A stretch of DNA of 20,000 nucleotides, from sequence record SRR22947725_1567, one strand, 5' to 3'. The position numbers were made by a program, and so were the translations under genes. This document shows positions 15,878-20,000 of the stretch, piece by piece. Position 1 is the first letter of the stretch; each line of letters starts with the position of its first letter. The notes below the pieces were generated by a model. The model was not told where the DNA came from, searched no databases, and was given only the letters and a program-made list of their open reading frames with translations.

Positions 15878-18800
15878 TTAGAATAAAAAAAGTTGTCGAT
15901 TGTTATCTATAGGAATTGATACTTTTTTAAAACTTCTGGTTTTCCCATCGAGCTTTAAAGCTTGTTCAATTTGGATTTTTGTCGACTGGCCCACCTCCGT
16001 GTGCCAGTTTATTTTACCGGCTTCATAACTGGCAATACATTGGCCATCGAGTAAGCAGAGATTATTACCGCGCCGCGCCGCAACTTTAGAGTTATTATTG
16101 ATGACTCCCTCGAGGTTCGCCGGTTCAGTGGCAGCTAAAAAACTATAATGGCTATCTTTTTTGTCTTTAAGCTTTCGGAGTTTTTCAATAATTCCGGGCA
16201 GAGCGTATTGCTCGCCGCCAACTCCTTTGATAAAGCGTCCTCCGCGAATTTCCCCCCTTGCTTCCATGCGCCGTAAAAGAGGGACTAATAAACCCCAGGC
16301 AGGGGCGCACTTTTCTCGTTCGAGAAGGTCTCTAAAGAGAACACCGTATCTATGGAGTAAGAGTTCGGCCCATTGTTGACGTCTATTTTCGTGGGGATCT
16401 TCTCCAAGAATGCCAGGGAAAATATTCCAACGTCCACTCGGGCTTGATTGACGAGAACCTCGGCGTTGCCGGTTCGTTTTTTTCTTTGAAATCCTTCGCC
16501 GCAAAGATGCAAAGCCATCGGCAGTAACTAAACCTCTAGCCGCTAATTCCCATAGAATATTTTCAGTTTGTTCCTTCAAAAGGCCGCTTTTGATCCGCAG
16601 ATCTTCAGAGAAAAGAGCTCCCGATGATTTTAGGATTTGGTAGACTTTTGCGGCATCACTGCGAAGTTGCGGTTCTTCTTGAGAATGATTTAGAGAAATT
16701 AACCATGAAATGTTCTCTCTTAAGCAAAGACTGATAGGGGTGCTGCTATTTAGTTTTGAACTTTGACTATTTTCCGCCTTGGAAATGGTATTGAGCCGGC
16801 ACCAAAGAGTTTCTCCATACATTGAACTTTCATCAAGCCAGTAACTTTTAAAGTCATCTAATCTGGCAGGGAAGATATCTTCTTCCCAGCAAGCCGCCGG
16901 TACTTCAAACCCTTCTAGAAAGTCAATGATTTGGTTAAAGCCTTGTTTGCCGCGAAAGCGTTCTCCTTGAAGAAGACCATGTCGATCAAGTAGAAACTTT
17001 TGATAGATACTGGAGTCAAGCGTTTCAATTTGCCTTCGTAGGCTATCTAGGGTTAGGCGGTGAATACGAGAGAGAAGTCTTCTTTCACACCATTGGATCT
17101 CTTGGTCGTCCTGGATTGTTTCCAGGCTGGAGAGAATCTCTTGAGGAGTTCTAACCTGTTCACTGAAGTTTCCTCGTAGAATAAAGCCTTCAACTTCGAG
17201 AGCCAGAAGAGATTGAAAAACATCATCAAAGCTAAAACCTAAGTCAAGACTGAGCTGCAGCCCGGTAATAGGCCCAGCGATTTCTAGTCGTCCGCGGACA
17301 ATTGATTTAAGTGCATCTTCGTAGGAGAAAGGAATGTCGAGAGACAGTGGAATTGAAAATTGAGTTGTAGGAGCTATTTGCGGCCAGAGTGCTTTTATTA
17401 AAGACCAACGCTCGAGGGCAAAAATGAAGGGGTGTTGATCAATTATTATTTTAGACGCTCGCCCAGCGGTTTCTAGTTCCTCGTAAAAGCTGTTCCAAGC
17501 GGGATTTTCTTTTAAACTGATGACTTTTTGGATCAGTAGAGCATCGTGGAGTTCATCGGCATTTCTCACCAAAGGGCTTATTTCTTCTTTAACTTTGCGG
17601 ATAGCTTCTTGGTCAAGCCAACTTAAATCTTTGACATCTTCAGGAGTAAATTGCCGACGTGTGCTTATAGCTCGAGTACGGCGTTCTTCAGCGGGAGCAT
17701 CATCGAGGAAGGCGTAAACATTGGCATGGATGAGCTGATAACTAAAAGGTGAGGGTTCAGTAGTATCACAGGCATAAAGCTTTATTTTTCCCTGTTCAAT
17801 TTTTTGTAGAACTTCCAGCCATAAGTCGAGATCATTTGCTTCATGTAGACAATCCTTGAGAGTTTGGAACACTAAAGGGTGTTCAGTCGGTATCTCTATG
17901 TCTCCAGTTATATGTTCTAGACAAGCTGTTGATTGGGGGAAAACAGATGTAAGTAGGTCATCGGCTTTAAACCTTTGCAGCGCAGGGGGGACTCGTTTAC
18001 CTGCTCTTTGCCTCAAGACAGCGAGAGCCCTGGTGGCATTCCATCGCCAGCGAATTTGAAAAACAGGAACTGCGAGAAGGGCCTGCTCCAGTGTTTTTTG
18101 AGCGACTTTGGAAGTGACTAGTTCAAACATGTCTTCTAAAGGAAAACTCTGCTGAGGCCCAAGGGACAGAAGAAAACCGTTTTCATCGGCACTAGCTTGC
18201 AATTCGAAGTTAAAGCCTCGGCAAAATCTTTTGCGCATAGCGAGACCCCAAGCGCGGTTGACTCGACTACCAAAAGGCGAGTGTACGACTAATTGCATCC
18301 CCCCAGATTCATCAAAGAAGCGCTCGAAAATGATTTGATCGAGAGTTGGGACTAAACCAACGGCGTGAACTTGGCTTTCGATATAATTTATAGCCTGCTG
18401 TGCATTTTCCGGCTTCATATGGAAGTTTTTTGCCAATTCTTGAATCAGTTTAGGCCGGTTGCCAGTAGTTATTTTATCAGCAATATCTTTTCTGACTATG
18501 CAAAGTTCTTCACTTAGTTCAATTGATCGGCCAGGGGCTTCACCAAACCAGAACGGGATAGTTGCCGCAGCTCCTTGGGCATCTTGAACGGTCATCGTCG
18601 TTCCTCTGACATGGAGTATTCGCCATGAAGTTGTGCCAAGAATAAAGATATCACCACGCATAGATTCAATGGCAAAGTCTTCATTTACACTACCGACTTT
18701 AGTGCCATCTTCGGTAATGACCCGATAATCGGCATTTTCAGGTATGGCTCCACCTGAAGTTAGCGCTGCTAAGCGCGCATGTTTACGGGCTCTTATGAGG

Positions 18801-19999
18801 TGGTTTATGCGGTCATAATGAAGGTATGCACCTTGTCGGTTTTGAGGGTTGACGCCTTCAGCTAACATGAGAATAGTGGAGTCAAACTGCTGACGATCAA
18901 GGTTTCGAAATGTCCAGGATTGGCGGCATAAAGCAAATAATTCTTCAGTAGAGATTTCTTCACAAGCGGCAATGGCAATGATCTGTTGTGCAAGAATATC
19001 TAAAGGTAGTTCCGGCAGGATAATCTGATCGAGTCGATGTTTTTCGATTGCCTGTATGAGAGCCATGGCTTCTAGGAGTTCATCTCGAGTGACCGGATAT
19101 ATATGGCCTTTGGGAATAGCGCTTACGGCATGGCCCGAGCGCCCAATACGCTGTAAAAAGACAGCAATATTTCCAGGTGTTCCAATTTGGCAAACAAGAT
19201 CGATATAACCGATGTCGATTCCCAGTTCTAAGGAGGCAGTTGCAACAATTGCTTTGAGTTCGCCCTTTTTGAGCTTTTCCTCAGCTTGAAGTCTGGTGTC
19301 TTTAGCGAGTGAACCATGATGGCTAGTCACGGCGTCTTCTCCCAGTATTTCTGAGAGTTGGTAACTTAACCTTTCGGCCATACGCCTAGTGTTGACGAAT
19401 ATAAGAGTACTGCGGTGGCTTTTTATTTGCTCTGCTAATTGCTGATAAATCTCTTCCCATTGCTCATGGCTGCATAAGGTGCTTAACTCCGAGTTTGGGG
19501 TTTGAATAGCGAGTTCTAGTTTTTTGAGGTGACCTGTATCGATAATTTCACATTGAGGCAATAAAAGTTCATCATCGGGACGCAATCCACAAAGGAATTC
19601 AGCAATAGTCGTCATTGGCTTTTGAGTTGCAGATATGCCAATGCGAATAGGTTTTTGGTTACATAGGCGATCTAGGCGTGCGAGAGATAAGGAAAGGTGG
19701 CTGCCGCGTTTGTCTCGAGCGAGGGAGTGGATTTCGTCGACAATTACTGTATCGATCGTCTTAAGAATCTGACTGCCTTTTTCAGATGTAAGCAAAAGAA
19801 AGAGAGACTCTGGTGTTGTAACAAGAATATGTGGAGGGCTTTTAACAATTTTTGCACGTTCTGCAGGAGAAGTATCACCAGTTCTTAGTTTAACAGATAG
19901 AGGAAGGTAGGCAGGGTTGCTGACTATGGCTTGTTCATTGAGTTCAGATAGAGGAGTTTCGAGATTGCGCCGGATATCATTACTCAATGCTTTAAGCGG
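15878..19999 (-). CDS. lhr: Long-form Lhr-family SF2 helicase, 5'-truncated
   Basis: The frame is open to the window edge (PLKALSND, motif Ia), so motif I lies outside the window. Motifs RTGDT, TTPESL, DEIH, SAT, HHGSL, ATASLELGIDIG and QRIGRSGH, a DEAD_assoc-like region (ERFFDESGGMQLVVHSPFG), and a long C-terminal region (LLHRYGV, EIRGGRFI..GEQYA). Confidence 0.92.
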   Translation of the reverse strand, partial: PLKALSNDIRRNLETPLSELNEQAIVSNPAYLPLSVKLRTGDTSPAERAKIVKSPPHILVTTPESLFLLLTSEKGSQILKTIDTVIVDEIHSLARDKRGSHLSLSLARLDRLCNQKPIRIGISATQKPMTTIAEFLCGLRPDDELLLPQCEIIDTGHLKKLELAIQTPNSELSTLCSHEQWEEIYQQLAEQIKSHRSTLIFVNTRRMAERLSYQLSEILGEDAVTSHHGSLAKDTRLQAEEKLKKGELKAIVATASLELGIDIGYIDLVCQIGTPGNIAVFLQRIGRSGHAVSAIPKGHIYPVTRDELLEAMALIQAIEKHRLDQIILPELPLDILAQQIIAIAACEEISTEELFALCRQSWTFRNLDRQQFDSTILMLAEGVNPQNRQGAYLHYDRINHLIRARKHARLAALTSGGAIPENADYRVITEDGTKVGSVNEDFAIESMRGDIFILGTTSWRILHVRGTTMTVQDAQGAAATIPFWFGEAPGRSIELSEELCIVRKDIADKITTGNRPKLIQELAKNFHMKPENAQQAINYIESQVHAVGLVPTLDQIIFERFFDESGGMQLVVHSPFGSRVNRAWGLAMRKRFCRGFNFELQASADENGFLLSLGPQQSFPLEDMFELVTSKVAQKTLEQALLAVPVFQIRWRWNATRALAVLRQRAGKRVPPALQRFKADDLLTSVFPQSTACLEHITGDIEIPTEHPLVFQTLKDCLHEANDLDLWLEVLQKIEQGKIKLYACDTTEPSPFSYQLIHANVYAFLDDAPAEERRTRAISTRRQFTPEDVKDLSWLDQEAIRKVKEEISPLVRNADELHDALLIQKVISLKENPAWNSFYEELETAGRASKIIIDQHPFIFALERWSLIKALWPQIAPTTQFSIPLSLDIPFSYEDALKSIVRGRLEIAGPITGLQLSLDLGFSFDDVFQSLLALEVEGFILRGNFSEQVRTPQEILSSLETIQDDQEIQWCERRLLSRIHRLTLDSLRRQIETLDSSIYQKFLLDRHGLLQGERFRGKQGFNQIIDFLEGFEVPAACWEEDIFPARLDDFKSYWLDESSMYGETLWCRLNTISKAENSQSSKLNSSTPISLCLRENISWLISLNHSQEEPQLRSDAAKVYQILKSSGALFSEDLRIKSGLLKEQTENILWELAARGLVTADGFASLRRRISKKKTNRQRRGSRQSSPSGRWNIFPGILGEDPHENRRQQWAELLLHRYGVLFRDLLEREKCAPAWGLLVPLLRRMEARGEIRGGRFIKGVGGEQYALPGIIEKLRKLKDKKDSHYSFLAATEPANLEGVINNNSKVAARRGNNLCLLDGQCIASYEAGKINWHTEVGQSTKIQIEQALKLDGKTRSFKKVSIPIDNNRQLFLF

Positions 20000-20000
20000 C

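Noticed and set aside
388-19888. Remaining short (60-80 aa) ORFs in the track
   Set aside because: All overlap well-supported longer genes in another frame or strand and lack motifs.
15878-19999. Lhr as part of an anti-phage defence island or the Lhr-MPE-ligase-exonuclease cluster
   Set aside because: This is the long CTD-bearing form, and its visible neighbours are housekeeping genes. The upstream context is outside the window.
1-20000. CRISPR arrays, tRNA/rRNA genes, IS elements, integrases or prophage
   Set aside because: No regularly spaced repeats, RNA-gene signatures, transposase/integrase motifs or phage genes were seen.

Overview
AT-rich (roughly 40% GC by eye), gene-dense bacterial chromosomal window. 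The gene types suggest a PVC-superphylum (Lentisphaerae/Planctomycete-like) organism, which is an inference. In order: (1) the 5'-truncated end of a large PA14-like plus five-heme c-type cytochrome gene; (2) a small secreted Lys/Glu-rich protein on the minus strand with its own promoter, 5' hairpin and terminator; (3) a ~475-bp intergenic region with a long, apparently structured leader; (4) a three-gene operon of an EhpF/GriC-like adenylating enzyme, an EhpG/GriD-like ALDH-fold reductase and an iron-containing alcohol dehydrogenase; (5) an LpxL-family acyltransferase translationally coupled to a membrane Ser/Thr kinase; (6) a minus-strand USP-DUF389 fusion and a TPR lipoprotein; (7) YiiM-like MOSC, TIGR01777/YfcH-like and cyclophilin genes; (8) a 5'-truncated long-form Lhr helicase ending in a beta-clamp-like motif (QLFLF). 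No rRNA, tRNA, CRISPR or mobile element was seen. The best candidate for an undescribed system is the orphan acid-to-aldehyde-to-alcohol reductase operon with its structured leader. All family calls come from motif recognition, not database searches.
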